Positions 28,000-41,869 of a stretch of DNA of 64,000 nucleotides are shown one piece after another. How positions within the stretch are numbered: position 1 is the first letter of the stretch; each line of letters opens with the position of its first letter. A program made the translations under genes and the position numbers. Location of the stretch: contig OZ320313.1 of assembly GCA_976226885.1 (NCBI GenBank), positions 142,972,001 through 143,036,000 on the forward strand, written 5' to 3'. Below the pieces are notes generated by a model. It made no database searches and had not been told where the DNA came from. It saw only the letters and a program-made list of their open reading frames with translations. This stretch comes from Iphione sp. A-MEVVRFRX5. Lineage: Eukaryota.

Positions 28000-28580
28000 A
28001 AGGAAACATGACAGAAAGGAAAAACAAGAGTAAAGAGTACAGACACACAGATAGGCACTGGTACAGCATCCTGGCGGACGGAGTGGTAAAAGGTTGGAAA
28101 CACTGCGGCCACCAAGCAATCTCTAAGCGATCCCTGAAGATCGACAAAAGGAACGGCCCAAGGGCCACAGGAGAGATGGGCCCGCAATAGAAGAAGGACC
28201 GAGGTAGTCCACACAAGGAGGGAGGGAGGCTGCGGCACCACATGCGAGGTTCGTCAGGCAACGCTTATTGACCTGGCCTTCTGCTTGCCTCCTAGCGGTA
28301 TTGACCGTAGTCAGACACCTGCCAATTGCTCCCTGTCCCTAGTGATCCCCCTTGGAGTAGAGATGATGAGGGTGGAGCTTTTGGACTTCCAACCCGAGGC
28401 AAACAGGCAATGTCCTACTAGTGAAAACGCCATGTTTCTAACTGTAAAGTTCCATAACGATGAACGTACTTTTGACATGCAGGGATATCGATATTCTGGA
28501 AAGAAGCCATTACAAGTGTACCATGGAAGAAGAAAATATGTCACACAGGTTTCCCTTATCAACTTCATAGAACTGTGACG
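28000..28580 (-). mobile_element. LINE reverse-transcriptase relic
   Basis: DKGNLCDIF (lead-in to motif A), followed by ALGPFLLSIFRDRL (motif B, cf. LGPLLFSIYINDL), in the expected order. Confidence 0.38.
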
Positions 28581-30799
28581 TAAAATTTGGACTTGTTTAA
28601 CAAATCCATACTGGGTCGATGAAGGGCGGTCTCAATGGTCTCCTAAAACTAGAAGGGCAAAATGAGGAATGAGATTAGATTATTACACGTCAATGATCCT
28701 CTGCGCAAATCGGGCGAGCCTTTGACTTAGATGTAAATGTAGTCGATTGGCTGGCGGGTAAAGGCACTGACCGGTAAATAATAATCACCTGTCTTGCACC
28801 ATGACCTGAGGCAACTGGTAGGTATCCTTAACATGTGAGCGTTAAACTAATGCAGAGTCAATATAAAACACCTGGGAGAGGCGTAGTTAATGAAGACTTT
28901 GAAAGGCCAACTGAGGAAGCTAATACGTTGGACCATCCAATGCCCAGGATTTACTTTGTTGTTCATAGGTTTGGCATTTTACAGTAGACTAGGCTGATTA
29001 AGAGGCGTAAACGGCCAATTAGAGGAAGCGGGATGAAAGTAGGCGGGCTAGGCACCACTTCGGTGAGCTAACAATTACCATCACCAACGTTGTAGTGTAC
29101 TTCGCTCAGGTCGTAATAAGTTTCCAGCTGGCGGTGCCCTTTATATTCCTCAGGGGCCAAGATCTATACACACTGAGAGGCGACTACCATCATGTATCCA
29201 TTACTGCTCTGGAGCAATGTAGAAAGAAGAAAGGACCAGGAGGCGAAGAGGCAGACGGGACGTGTAGCGAATTGAAATTGGCAGTTTCAGTTTCAGTTTT
29301 CAGGTCGTATGTTGCAACGCCTACCTGCCTTAAATCACATTTCGTATTGACCCTGCCGTCAAGGCTTTAATTCAATGTTTGCTCCAATAATTCCTTCACT
29401 TTCCTTCATTGAACGAAAGTGCCAGACGTGGTGAAAAGCGATTGTTCGTCGCCGGCCAACACAGCTCGAGAGCACGGGAGAGCAAGGTCACGAGGGACCA
29501 CTCACATGAATGTATGGCTTCTTTTTTTGCTTTACCCCACCCCCACACCCCCATCGCGTCGCCTCCTCTGGCTTCTTTCTCACCTCCCTGAACAAACCTT
29601 TTGAGGAATTTGTAAAGGCTATTGGTCCAATGCCCTATATGGCCGACGTCTAGCAGCCCCTTGTACCGGCGCTGTCTGCGATAGTGGTGGTCGGCCTGTC
29701 GCCGAACAGTCCGCTGCTCTTTGTGGACCTCCTTAGTGTGAGACCAAGGGCATTAATCCCCAGAATAACCCACTCCCCGCTGCCGAGACCGTGACCGTGG
29801 TGCAGCCTTTCTGGGCGCACACAATCGAAGGATAAAGGAGCGGGTCGCGAGTGGTCGGGGTAGCACGGGAAATAGATCTGCTGAATGGGACAACCAATGG
29901 GCTCAGCCGTTCAGAAAGGCATTTCAAGGCTGAACGAAAAGTATGTTTTCCCCGCGTATGCTATCCAACTTCTACCATATAGGTGACCCTGAATGGCTTT
30001 TTCTGGACCCCAGAAAGTTCTCTGCATATATGCAATTCGGGAGAGAATAACTGCTAGTAACTATACATTTAAAATGCGTATATAGCCTACGTAGTCTTTC
30101 GTGAAGAAAAAACAGAGAAAGTGCACCCTTCAGTCACCGTTTTACCTATTACCCCCTTGTTAAAACAGGTTTAGTATTTGCCTCACAGCCTGACTGCTCT
30201 TCTTTTTCCGTATAAATACATGTATGATATAAAGAAAAGATATACAGTGTATATTGTACTTCATTGTGAGTGGACTCGGAAGTGCAATTTCATCTCCCGT
30301 CAATGTGTCATATTCGTCGGAATTATAGTCAGCTCACTAAGAAATGTAGGCAGGGATTTATGAACTCATAACATTCTATTTTTCAAAAAACGGTTGTTTT
30401 TGGACGTGTAGGTGTGACCGGCAGAAAGGACAGAAACGTATTTTCCAGTGGAATGCATAAATTTGTACAGCTCAGTATATACAGGTGCACCTCTGGATAG
30501 ATACATGCATATTTGTGCAAAATAAAGACACATATGTATCCAAGCGAGTGGGCGAATTCAATATAGAAGAGAACACAGATACATTTAGTGGTCAATGCTA
30601 AAGCGCTCATGTTTTAAATAACAGTAATGTACAAATAACATACTGTCAGAAGTCGGTGAACGCCGTTGCATGTTCGTGTTTTTTCTGTGACAAAACATTC
30701 TCGGACCTTAGGAACGACAGCACAAAAGAATTGCTTCGTTTAAAGTCAGCGTGCAGAGACAAAAGACTGATACTGGTTTGTTTGAATTCCACTTTGTCG

Positions 30800-31020
30800 G
30801 CAGTGTCGCGGACGTCAGCGCCACTAAGATGTTTCCTTCGTCTCCCACCATAAAAATGCTTTCCCGTATAATGTCATGCGCATGCGCACACCGCCCCCAA
30901 ATGGAATAGTGCACCGTCAGCAGTTCGCAGCCCGCCCCGTTTAGGGCGGTCCGGGTGATCTATTTTGGTGAGATGAAAGGATAAGCATCCGTCGCAGTTT
31001 TCTTTCTCTTCCGCCGCTCC
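30800..31020 (+). promoter_or_regulatory. Promoter-like CpG-rich motif cluster inside the TPST intron
   Basis: GACGTCA (CRE-like) 30811-30817, perfect NRF1 palindrome TGCGCATGCGCA 30877-30888, GC boxes at 30891, 30931 and 30944, and pyrimidine tract TTTCTCTTCCG near 31000-31013. Motif match only. Confidence 0.4.
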
Positions 31021-33589
31021 GCATTTCTGTGCTTTGCTACTGGACTGGAGTATTGCTCTACCTGTTGCTCTGTTCGTGCCGGCCTGCCGTGGCCGCTCAT
31101 TTTAACGTTAGCAGCAAGGTCATCCAGCCGTACACATGGGCTGCCGACTGAGAACGCATCACATTACTTTACCCTCTATCCGGAGGAACAGTATGCGCGC
31201 AGGATAAAGAACAGGTACACAAGAGCCCATTACAGAATAGTTTCTTAGCATCGCACCGCTGCGTGTTTGCGAGGGTCATTTCACGGTAGAAAGTAAATGT
31301 GGAAAAACACTTCTATCTTAAAATCGGTACCCACCACACTGAAAAGTGTATTATACAACTGTTAAAAGTACAGCTATACGAATCAATTAAAAGAATATAT
31401 TCAGGTAATTAACACATGACTAACGATTATATTCAACGAGAGGTCAGCTCAAGTCTACTGTCCTAAAACAGTGCAATCAGGTGAAACTAATTGGTCCTCA
31501 CTGGGTGAGCAGACAATGACATAGCTCCATGCTTTCTCTTGTCAAGAAAATGTTTCCTCTTATTTTGCCATTTAAAGCATTTGAAATGGTATCAAAATTT
31601 TATAGTAGTGGAAAGTGTTTAAATAATAGAGTACCGTATCAAAAGATCAATTTATTTGACCAAGTAGTTAGGGAGTTAAAAGAAAAAACATATCCTGATG
31701 TATCTGATATCCCAAACTGAATCATAGAGGGTCGGACGGCATTCCCACAGTTATCCTCCTCCTCTAGGAGGCGAGGGACTAACAGGTTATTCTTTTCTCT
31801 GCCGCTACGTTATATTTGTTAACCAATGTGTCGACTGGCACAGTCCATCAGAAGTACGTACGTACAAACCAGTAGCCACAAATCCATAAAATACAAACAG
31901 ACGAATACGTCAATCTATTCTCTGTCTGCACATACTACATGTAAACTCATAACGATGTCGTGCCAGAGGCGCATGAAGAGAGATCATTAGTGCGAATTTC
32001 AAAGCGCTAGCTCTGTATGAGAGATGATTACATCTACAGTGGAGTACCTATTTGCGACCGCATCGATTTCCGACCATTCTTACTATTATTAATACAAGAT
32101 TCAAACAGATTGTTGGATGTAGAAGGTCAGAGGGGTTCCACAGCAGCATTCTTAAGTTCACAACGAAAAGTGCCTTAGATTACATTAAATCTGAGTGTAG
32201 CACAAAAAAAGGAACAGCTAGCGTCTTGTAGAATAGGGGTCATCTGTAGTTCAACGGAGGTCCTGAGACGTTTGCACCAACCATTGCCAGAGATCGGAGG
32301 TCTTTTATGACAATCATCTGACGTCAGCACCAACGTCACCACTGTATCTGCAGAGCGAGCCTACAGGTGAAGAATACGCGCCTTTCATATTTTTTTCCAC
32401 AGGAAAAGAGATATGTTTCTATGCAGGCAAGAAAGTCTCGATGTCAGCTTTGACCTGAGTCACGCCAAGCACGCAGTCTGCGAACACAACGGAACGACAA
32501 ATGAATGTTCTTTTCTTTGTGTTTTTTTTACGATCTGACAACAGCCCATAAACCCAGGTTGACAAGTCATCCGGCCAATGTCCTCCACATTTCACAGAAT
32601 CACTTTCTTTTGAGAAAACAATTGTGAGAAAACGAACTGCCCTAATTTCCTATTAATGGTTTATAGCATGACACTTGTTTACTCCAATCCCGAATAGGAC
32701 ATTTTGCTATTTTTCAAAGGTTCGCCATAATTCCTTAATTGAGAAAATTATTTCAAGTATCTCATATAAAGGCGTACAGAAGAGTAATAAGTATACATAT
32801 TTTCTCCTCAACATATGAACCGACGAATGATATATTGGCCAGTCTCTTATTACACACTTCGTTGACAGAGGGAAACAAATCCACAAAGACCACTGCTTCC
32901 AGGTTACACAGGGCGACTCCTATAAGCAAAAGTTAGTGTCTCCTGAAAGCATGACGTCATTACCAGGGAACTGTGTTCGCAATTTCCGAAAGACATTTGT
33001 CTCAATGTCACTAGTCTAGTCGGAGGCCGGATCGGCACGTTAACGGATTATGTAGACGAAATGAGTTGGACTGCAATGAGACACCCACACGCTAGATCAC
33101 ACGAGCAGCTCCTGTGCAGTCATACATCCCAACTGCGAGTCCTATTTAGAACACAGCAGATACGATAAAATATCCATAAAACACATTCCTGGGGCCAGAG
33201 ACAGCAATGCCCGGAAGAATAAATCAAATATTTCATCGTAAAAATATAGTTCATATGCATACAGGCTTTGGGCCTGACTGTATACGACAAAAATTGCCTT
33301 CGCGTATTTGCTTGGTGGGTTGACATATACTACACTTTTGTTGGCTCGTCCCAAGGTTGTACAAATGGCTCCGATAGAAATGGTTTATTACAGAATGAAG
33401 GTGATATTAAAGAAACGTTCGAGTGACTCAAGTAAATCTAAAAAGTTACCGCTACTTGATATTTTCTATTAGAATCATTTCTTACCTTGATTGGCCGTAT
33501 TCAAATCAAGGCTTTTTATACGAGAACGTCAAAAAGGTGCTCAGTGCAATGTGAAATGTCAGCAGTTGTGGATCACCTTTTTAACATAC

Positions 33590-34080
33590 AGTCAAAAAAG
33601 GTAACTCTGGTCTGAGAGATCTTTCTTCGAAGACATACATGGTGGAAAGCTAATAATCTCCTTCTTAAATTTTGTGGTTATTAACTTGTACCAGTTACGA
33701 AAAGAAAGACTACAAAGATATTCATTGTCTTGGCAACATCGAAATTTGATGCAGATATGCACGACCACTTGCCCGTCTCCTATCCCCACAGTGTGCTAGG
33801 ACTAATTGCCATCCGGACAACGTCAAGAGAGATAAATGATATTGTGATATTCTCAGAAGTGAACAATGGGTGGGTGGCAGGAGGCAGGCGTCACTGTTGA
33901 AGAATGGCCGGCAGGCCTCGCACTGTATGGAGGGAAGCCAGTGATGGTGGGGAAATGCTACCATCAGCGTAGTGGATTCTTGATGGATGCTGTAAACTGA
34001 GCGACAATGGCTTCCCCGTCAGGCCCCCCTGTGAAGAAGCCGCCCAAGGCGCTACCAGCAGCATGTAGACTGAATCTACC
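33590..34080 (-). mobile_element. LINE reverse-transcriptase relic
   Basis: SQGGLTGKPLSL...HYADGS then NWYKLITTKFKKEIISF correspond to PQGSILGPLLF, YADD and W.L.LN.SKTKE in order. Confidence 0.45.
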
Positions 34081-34977
34081 AGGCAGGCTTTTCCTACGCC
34101 AAAGAGCAGCGCCCAGTTTGTCGCCTTTAAGTAACCTCAATGACTCCTCACTACGGCAGCTTTTAGCTATCCGTGTTCACGAAAGGCCACCACGTTCGAA
34201 CTAATGTAGTGTAGGCGATGCACATACACACGGAAAGAAAAAGGGAATAAAATACCTACCGAGTATTCGAACAAAGCAATTACAAAATGTAACCTAAACG
34301 CGGAAACAAAGATTGCTGAAAGCTGAGCTCTTTCATGTTTTTGACAGTTTGGTGCACGCCTATCTCCTCCCGGCGGTGTAACATAATCGGGTCTCTGTTT
34401 TGATACATTTCAATATAAAATTGTGAAATTCTAAGCAGTACACGAGTCACTCATAGCATTTTAGTGACCGTAATGTTAACATAAATGTTTGATCCAAATA
34501 ACAGAAATTAAACAGCATTAAACTTTCTTCACGTATCTCCTGAATGTAGACATGTTTATGCTTTCTTTTAGGTATTTTTCGACAGCCTCTCCCAGACCCA
34601 GATCCCTATATTCCACCAGCATCTTCCGATCAACTCCATCCTTGGCCTAGAAGTGAGGCCCCCATGTCCCTTCAATGCCCACCTTCTCATCCTCATTTCT
34701 TCATAAACATGAATTCTACGCACACTATTTGTTAAACAGTCTTCCCATTTTGCCCTTTGATGCAAGATGTTAGCCTTTACCTTCTTTATCTCCCAAAGCG
34801 CCCCCCCCCCCCGCTTTCACCTCCTGCTGAAACCCTTCCATTAAGAGCTTTCAGAACGGCTACGTTCTCGATTAAGCTCTGAAGACAGCAATAATAACGC
34901 TGTCACTGGTAAATGCCAGGCCATATTGAAAATGGACAGAGTCTATGTTTTGAAGATACACCGTACACGTATTTATC

Positions 34978-35250
34978 CTATTTTTGAAGTCTAGCAAACC
35001 TATTTAGCAAAGTTGGTATAACCTGATCTTCACTTTCCTTAATGAGCATGAGATACAAATTTTCCAACTCAATTTCCCCTCGACTTGTTATCGTATAAGC
35101 AAACCTGTGTTTGTATTTGTCCAGGAAAATGCACTGCTTGCGTTTGTTTACCAAGAAGCCTCGACGTGATAAACAAATAAGTATTGAGTATAGAGAGTAA
35201 AGAGAGTTGTCGCGTCTTAACACCATAGACATAAAGTCCTCCCTCCACAA
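34978..35250 (-). mobile_element. Possible L1/Tx1-type ORF2 C-terminal relic
   Basis: LVNKRKQCIFLDKYKHRFAY...ENLYLMLIKE resembles Tx1 C-termini (IL.AKYYIY.C...P....F...L). Weak to moderate. Confidence 0.3.
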
Positions 35251-38200
35251 CAGCCCATCAGTATGCCTGGCGTCTCGGTTGCTTTCCTTTCAATCTCAAT
35301 TGTCCCTGTGCTCAAGGCGATCATCGTCCAACACACAAATGCGGGGCCAGACTCGCCAGCAGGGGCGGGCAAGGGGCGACCAGTAATTTCTGGCGGCGGT
35401 CGACAAGAGCGCGAGGTTCCGCTTGTATCCAAGGCAACGCAAAGGTCTCGGTGCTTGTTTGAACAACGACGCCCCGGGGACGCGCGCCTCGTGTCGTAAA
35501 TCGCGGCGACTGGCTGGCTGGACGGATGGCAAGGAGCCAAGAGGAGTTCAAGTAGGCGTTCTTTGGTGTACACGTGTTTTGTGTGTATCTGGATGTTTGT
35601 CTTGTACATGTCCGTCCACGTGTCCTTGTGCACGCGTTCCCTGTATCCTTAGCGATGCCTCAGAATCTCTTTTTTTTACGGAATAACTCATTTTACTCGT
35701 TTTATTTTAATATTCGCTCTACAAATTCTTTTAATTCATTCCGTTCTCAATTTGTTCTTACTCGCCCCTCCTTTTCTCTCCCTCGCTAGGTATTTATAAA
35801 TTTGTCTGTTTGTCTACCTATGTCTATACATATATCTGTCTTTCTCATTTCCCTCGTAGTTTCCCTTTTATGTATCACTTATATGCTGAAAGTGTGGTAC
35901 AAAAGGAAAGACAGAACTATGTGCATATATATGGACATATATCAGTACGGGCCCATACAAGCTGACCTCGCGTTGGCCCCTTGAATTGCACCAGGTGTGC
36001 CTCCTCGGGGAACTTATTTGATTCCCCGGCTGTGAAATGACCATGGAATCTTCTTCGATGGAAAGGTGGAGGTCGCCCCGGCGGTGCAGGGAGTAGGCCA
36101 GGGGAGCATAGTAGCTCGGGGGCGGAGGCCATTCGGAAGAAGGGATGGAGTGAGGAGGGGGTGGGGGTTTGAGGCACGGAGGGCGCTCGCACTAAGTCTC
36201 ACCTCACGCGGGGTCGGTGTGGGGGTGGGGCAGGAGGAGCCAGAGTTGTGTGAATCCTTGCTGCAGAAGGCGATATGCGCCTTACTGCACGTATAGGAGG
36301 GTGGAGGGCGAAGCGGTGGGCAAAGCGGCGACAGAAGGAACTGGCACTGGGTGTGGGGTGGGAAGGCGGCGGGTTGGCGCTGCACACTCAGGGTCACGAC
36401 TCGGAGCAGCCCGCTCCAAATAGCAGCACGGACTCACGTGATTGGCCGATAAAAGAGGACTCGTGGGGGATGCGCCAACTATCAATATTGATACGCGTGT
36501 GGTCCCGGGTTGCTGCATAGTTCACGTCTCAATGCCCTACCCGCTCCTCAAAGCCACTCGCCACACAATGCCTGTCGATGACCGCTATTGTGTCTCGCGA
36601 TGAGTTGTAGGGGATCGTGTGTATACATGGCCAGAGGCTTTCAAACGCATGACACGGCATCCTGTACAGGCACGGGTGAGGGGCCACAGGGAACCGTTGC
36701 AGAATGTCAAAATTTCCTTAGATGATACATAGTGCTGAACCCTTTTTGGACAGTAGGCGATGGCAGAGGTGGGGTTTTGGGGGGGATGGGTGGGTGGGTG
36801 GGGGGTTAAGAAATGTGTTGTGCAAATGGAGAAGGTCCCTATACCATATGGGAGACTGTACCACGGCCTCTCCACATGAGGTATAATTTACATAGCTACT
36901 GGAGAGAGGCGGTCTGTTCTATATACATGTATCTCTGAGAACGACCCATTACGATGACCAATGATTAGATAACACCCTGGACATTTTTTTCGATTCGTAA
37001 CCTTTTAACATGGAATAATAATTGCAATTTATGAAACCAAATTTAAAAATCATTTCAAACCATTGTATCTCAAGCTTCATCTCACCTCACGTGAAATGAT
37101 GATTGGGTTCTTCTATAACTATATTTGTATTTAAAAGATAGTAACATTTTTGAGGACACGGGAAAATACATTCAGGCCTTCTTCTTCCGTATCTCCAACA
37201 AGGCAATCAAACGTATCAGAGGTATATCAACGGTGAAAGAAAATATCTTATAAATAGCGCGACAGATTTTTGCTACATCGTATACAGGTACGTGAATTTA
37301 ACAAGACAAAAGTTTGGATTTTGTTGAACAGGTGATGGTGCTGATCGTAGTAGTCACATCTTGCCGGGGCAAACAAAGTTGCACTCCTAGGGAGATCCGA
37401 CTATGGGGAGCATTGATCATTTTCTCTCCTCTTGTTGAAACAGATCTGAAGCTGTACTACTGCATCAATCTTAGCAGCTGACGGAGAAACGTTCCGCTAC
37501 TCGGTTGTGTTTTCTTTTAATATTTCCATCGGTGCCCATCGATCAAAACACGGCGAAAACAAGCTTATAGTGTGTGTAGATTTGCGGATATGCGGATGCG
37601 TTCGTGTGTGTCTGTGTCTTCGTGTTTGTGACTGTGTGTAATACCGTGCCTAACTGCAATGATTCCTGCACTATTAGCGTTAAACACAACCACACTTATT
37701 GTAGCCTCATTTTCAGGGCGGTTTCATTCCCAGTACATAAGCTCTTGTTGGAGAGAGAATCCCTCTTTGGACCGCCTGAAAGACTCCTGGACCACTCTTG
37801 AGAAGTCCCGCTGATCTCCCACGAGGTGCTGGCACCGCTCCAACGGACTCTGGGACGCTCGGTCGTCGTCGTCGCTGTCAGGGCTCACTCTGCAGGTGGC
37901 CGACGGCGGCGCTCAAGTCGCCGGTCACATCTGTAGTCGTTCAGAGGCGTCTGCCGATTGTCGGCGCAGGAAATTAAAGCTGACCACAGGGAAAAGGTCC
38001 GGCGGCGCCATGCGCATAGCAATGAGCAACTCGACGACAGACTGAGCCAGCGTGCTGTCCTCCCTGACCTGCGGCTCAGCGCGTCGACATGACGGGAATC
38101 CCCACTAGATTGCGCCCACGACCAGGAGATAACTTTATAGCCAAACTGACACTAACGAGACACAACTTGCTGTTTAGCCCCAATGGCCCATCCAGGGCCC

Positions 38201-39887
38201 TGACTATGTGAATGGTTCTTTTTGTTACACAGGACTCCCAGCCCTTCTCCCGCCCAGGATACTCGACCTAAAGGGGCCTTCATATCCCCGGTCAAGATAA
38301 CAAATACTATTTTTTGTCAGATCAAAAAGAGCCGCCCTTGCTGGGTTAATTTTCCTCTCATCTGGTTTCCTCTGGAGGCGCCTTGACATGTATGGCCTGC
38401 TACTATGAAACATTTCCATATACTACTTGCACTCGTCATCAGTTTACTTCACGTCCTATGCGCCACAGGCAAAGAGCAGTTGATTTACTGTAGAGACAAC
38501 TCCGTCCGTCCTATACATTTTCGGGAAGGAGATCTTAGTCTCTAGAAATGTTACATGGTCTAGGGTCCTGCCATCTAGAATAAGAGTACATATATAACTG
38601 AAAATTAACGGCGCAGTATAAACTAAAAACACCTGCAAGATGCACCAATATGACTTTTTCAGATTATGCATCACATAACAACAGTTGACGTTAATCAGCA
38701 GTTGCCTCTTTCATGTGAACAGTAATGCATCTGCGACTAATAATTGACAATTTTGCATAAAACAAAACAGGCACTGGCTACTTACACGCTGGTTGATTCC
38801 ATCTCTTGAATGAAAAAAAATACTAAACTGCGGTGCATGTGCGGAAAATGCTTAATGATCTTAATCTAAATTGGTGGCAATATTTTAAATGGCCTGGAAC
38901 GAAGACAACGTCAGGCGCGCCCGGATTGCACAGGTGGATGTTATCTCAGATGCGGAGAGCACTTTTTATGAAGAAACGACATGGCCGATCAACTGCCGGC
39001 CACGATCGCCTGGTGGCGCTCCGATCAACCTGGGAAAAGTGACGCACTGGGTACGGCCCGACAACGTCATTCTCAAACACGCACCCGAAACAGATTCCCC
39101 CCCAAACCTCATCTTCAACGGACAACCCACGCTGTTCCTCTACAGAAAGAAACACTCCTACTTCTTATGTCCACTCAACTCCTACAAAACTACTACCCTC
39201 CCTACCACCCCCAGAACTAATTCATCGTCCAATGCCTCCCTTCTCCCAACACAAAAACAACATGAGTACGACCGCCCCCCCCCCCCAAAAAAAGAGAAAA
39301 AAAATCAAGAACGAAAATCGCCAAGTGCAGCAAAGACCTGAAGGTTATTTTTTCCCTCTCGAGAACTGTTCCCCTTGACGAACGCCGTCGTGCAGAAAGC
39401 GAGGCTGGATAAGCCGCTTTCTCAGCTGCGCCGCTTCCGCTCTGGCTAAACGGAAGCCTGCCGGATTAAAACAGCCATTGAAAAAATGTCTCTCTCCAAA
39501 ATCGCGGGCGCACTTTGATCGAGAGCTGCCACCAAACACGTGGCTTCCCTGCCGTGTGAGCCAATTACAAATCTGCAGATCCTTTCTTTCTGTCCATAAA
39601 TTGACCGTCTGGATTCTACTTAGGAAGAATCGGCTAGGTAGAGGTAAACCTAGTAAAAGATACTATTCTTGGAATTGACGGACGGACAAAGCCTCATTAA
39701 CTGTGTTCTTCGGTCTTTCCTTTAAAAAAAACTCTTGGATAATACAAACCTCATTTGTCTGCGACAACCGTATGTCTATTATCCTTCGATGTATTAATCA
39801 TTTTGATAGGGAAGCATATTGATCCCAACCTTTAGATGGTGTTGAAATAGAGAACAGAAGGTAGATATAGAAGGTAAGACACTAAAC

Positions 39888-40053
39888 CAGAGGTTCTCAA
39901 CTGTTGGGTCGTTACCGAAACGTGGGTAACCATGTCATTTTGACTGGGTCGTATCTATGCTGATTACAGTTGAACATAGGTCGTTCAACTGTTCAACAAG
40001 ACTTCAATAAGACTAGAATTTGGGTCGCTACTGAAAAAGGTTAAGAAACCTTG
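39888..40053. mobile_element. hAT-type MITE, about 166 bp
   Basis: TIRs CAGAGGTTCTCAAC and GTTAAGAAACCTTG. Three internal TGGGTCG motifs typical of Charlie/MER5-like hAT MITEs. The 8-bp flanks (CACTAAAC / CAGTGAAA) match only 5 of 8, so the element is old. Confidence 0.6.
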
Positions 40054-40723
40054 CAGTGAAACCGTTTTATGACAATGTCATTTGTATGGTAGACATGGAA
40101 GAAAAAGAAGTACATGTTCCAAGAAAACTTCAGGTAGAAACTCTTGGTCAATATCACGCCGCAAACAAAGGTTTCACGGGACAGTTCCCAGAGAAGCATT
40201 CTCAGTTGCTATAAATGAAAGAAGTGATTTCACCTGTAAGTTTCAATTACGCCCTCAGAATAATTTTATGATTATTAGGTACAAACTCTATCCTTCTTCT
40301 GTCACGGATTTAGAATTTTTACCAACGAGTAGACTGATGTAATAATTTACCAGATTCAGCAGCCTTTGTAGTTATTTATATTAGAACTGCTACTTCCATA
40401 TTATCAGAAGATACAAACCCAATTCAAGTAAACCAATAACAGAAGATGATATTTATACAATTATAAAAAAATATCAAACAGTGAAAAATAGACACAAGGG
40501 GTATGGCTCGCTTCAGTTATGTCTTAGAGACTTCAGAATAAGTGTCGGTTTCCTTACACGCATTGAGATGCGTTCACCTTCATTTGCTGTCCATGTGCAT
40601 TAGTATGCATTTTACATGTGTTTTCCCTTAAGGCAGCCTCACAGATGGGGTGTCTATTGACAGTGCAGTTTCTGTTGCGTCAAATCTATGACAGCTCTTT
40701 GATAGATGTACAAAAAAATAGAG

Positions 40724-40983
40724 AATTTCAGGGAGAAAGTGCAGAAAACGGTTATTAAATGGAGAACATGGCAAATTTCAGTGAGAGACTGGCAATTACA
40801 TGAAGATTGTGGCAAATTTCAGGAAAAAGTGCGGTAAAACGTCCATTTCATGGCGATTCTGGCAAATCACAGGGAGAAAGTGCGGAAAAATGGCTATTTC
40901 ATGGAGATCGTGACAAGTTTCAGGGAGAAAGTGAAGAAAAACAGTGAATTTCAGGGAGAAAGTGCAGCAAAATGGTGATTTGC
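40724..40983. repeat. Degenerate minisatellite, six units of about 30-50 bp
   Basis: Units begin AATTTCAGGGAGAAAGTGC(A/G) and end ...ATTTCATGG.GAT..TGGCA. Confidence 0.9.
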
Positions 40984-41869
40984 GCCTTCTCTAAAGTCCA
41001 TCTGGCCTACTGTCCGTTTGTTGTCCATGTGCATTAAATTATTAGTCTATGACCATTTATAAAGTCACAGACATTCACGCACACGGACACATTTGGCACC
41101 CTCTGTTGAAATCAACGCAGAAACGCAGGGATACCAACACAGGTAAGGAAACTGGCCGTTTCATATGTCCAATATCAGTAGGAGTCCGATCCTAGCAGCC
41201 GATTTGTGCGACAACCGATAAATGACATGTATTCGTTGCAACAAACTACTTTTCTGATTGACATTCAAACAATTTATGAACCTACAGTTTCATGGATACA
41301 TATCCTATAGTTGTATGATTAGCTACTAACACTCGTTGCCAGGCTTAATCATTTTAGGGAAAAAGCAACTCTTACACTCTCAAGAACTATGAGGTACGGT
41401 GTCTGCCAAATTTAATTGTCACGTGAAGAAAAGCTTGCACGTGGAAATATACTGAACAGAGATAGAACTGACAGGTGTATTATAGCATTTTATTTCTAAT
41501 GAAAGTACAAAACGAAGTTAATTACCGCTGCTATATGTTTTGTAGAGGAGAGTAACCTAAGTCAGCCATTCTGAATCCCACATACAGTGTATCAAATTGT
41601 CCCATTAAATGATAGGCAAGAGGGGATTGAATGAGAAAGTAATCATAACAAAAAGGTACTTTTAAACCCCCGCAAGTCTGAAGTGAATATAGGCCTGAAG
41701 GCATTTCTTCTTCCATGTTCAGATTTCAAGCCACTCTACAAAAGAAAAGGGAGTGAGGTCATGAAATCCAAGTTAATATAACTTAAGGCCATTTATTTTA
41801 CACAGAAAGCAGTTCTGTGAGCAAGTCGCTATTACAGAACATTAACTTGCTTTCGTATACGTTCAGCAG

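Noticed and set aside
38889-39341. 150-aa plus-strand ORF in a CpG-rich patch
   Set aside because: No recognisable domain, a low-complexity second half running through a C12 run, and no clear splice structure.
40724-40983. Repeat array as a possible CRISPR
   Set aside because: Eukaryotic context, degenerate tandem units without unique spacers, and no cas genes.
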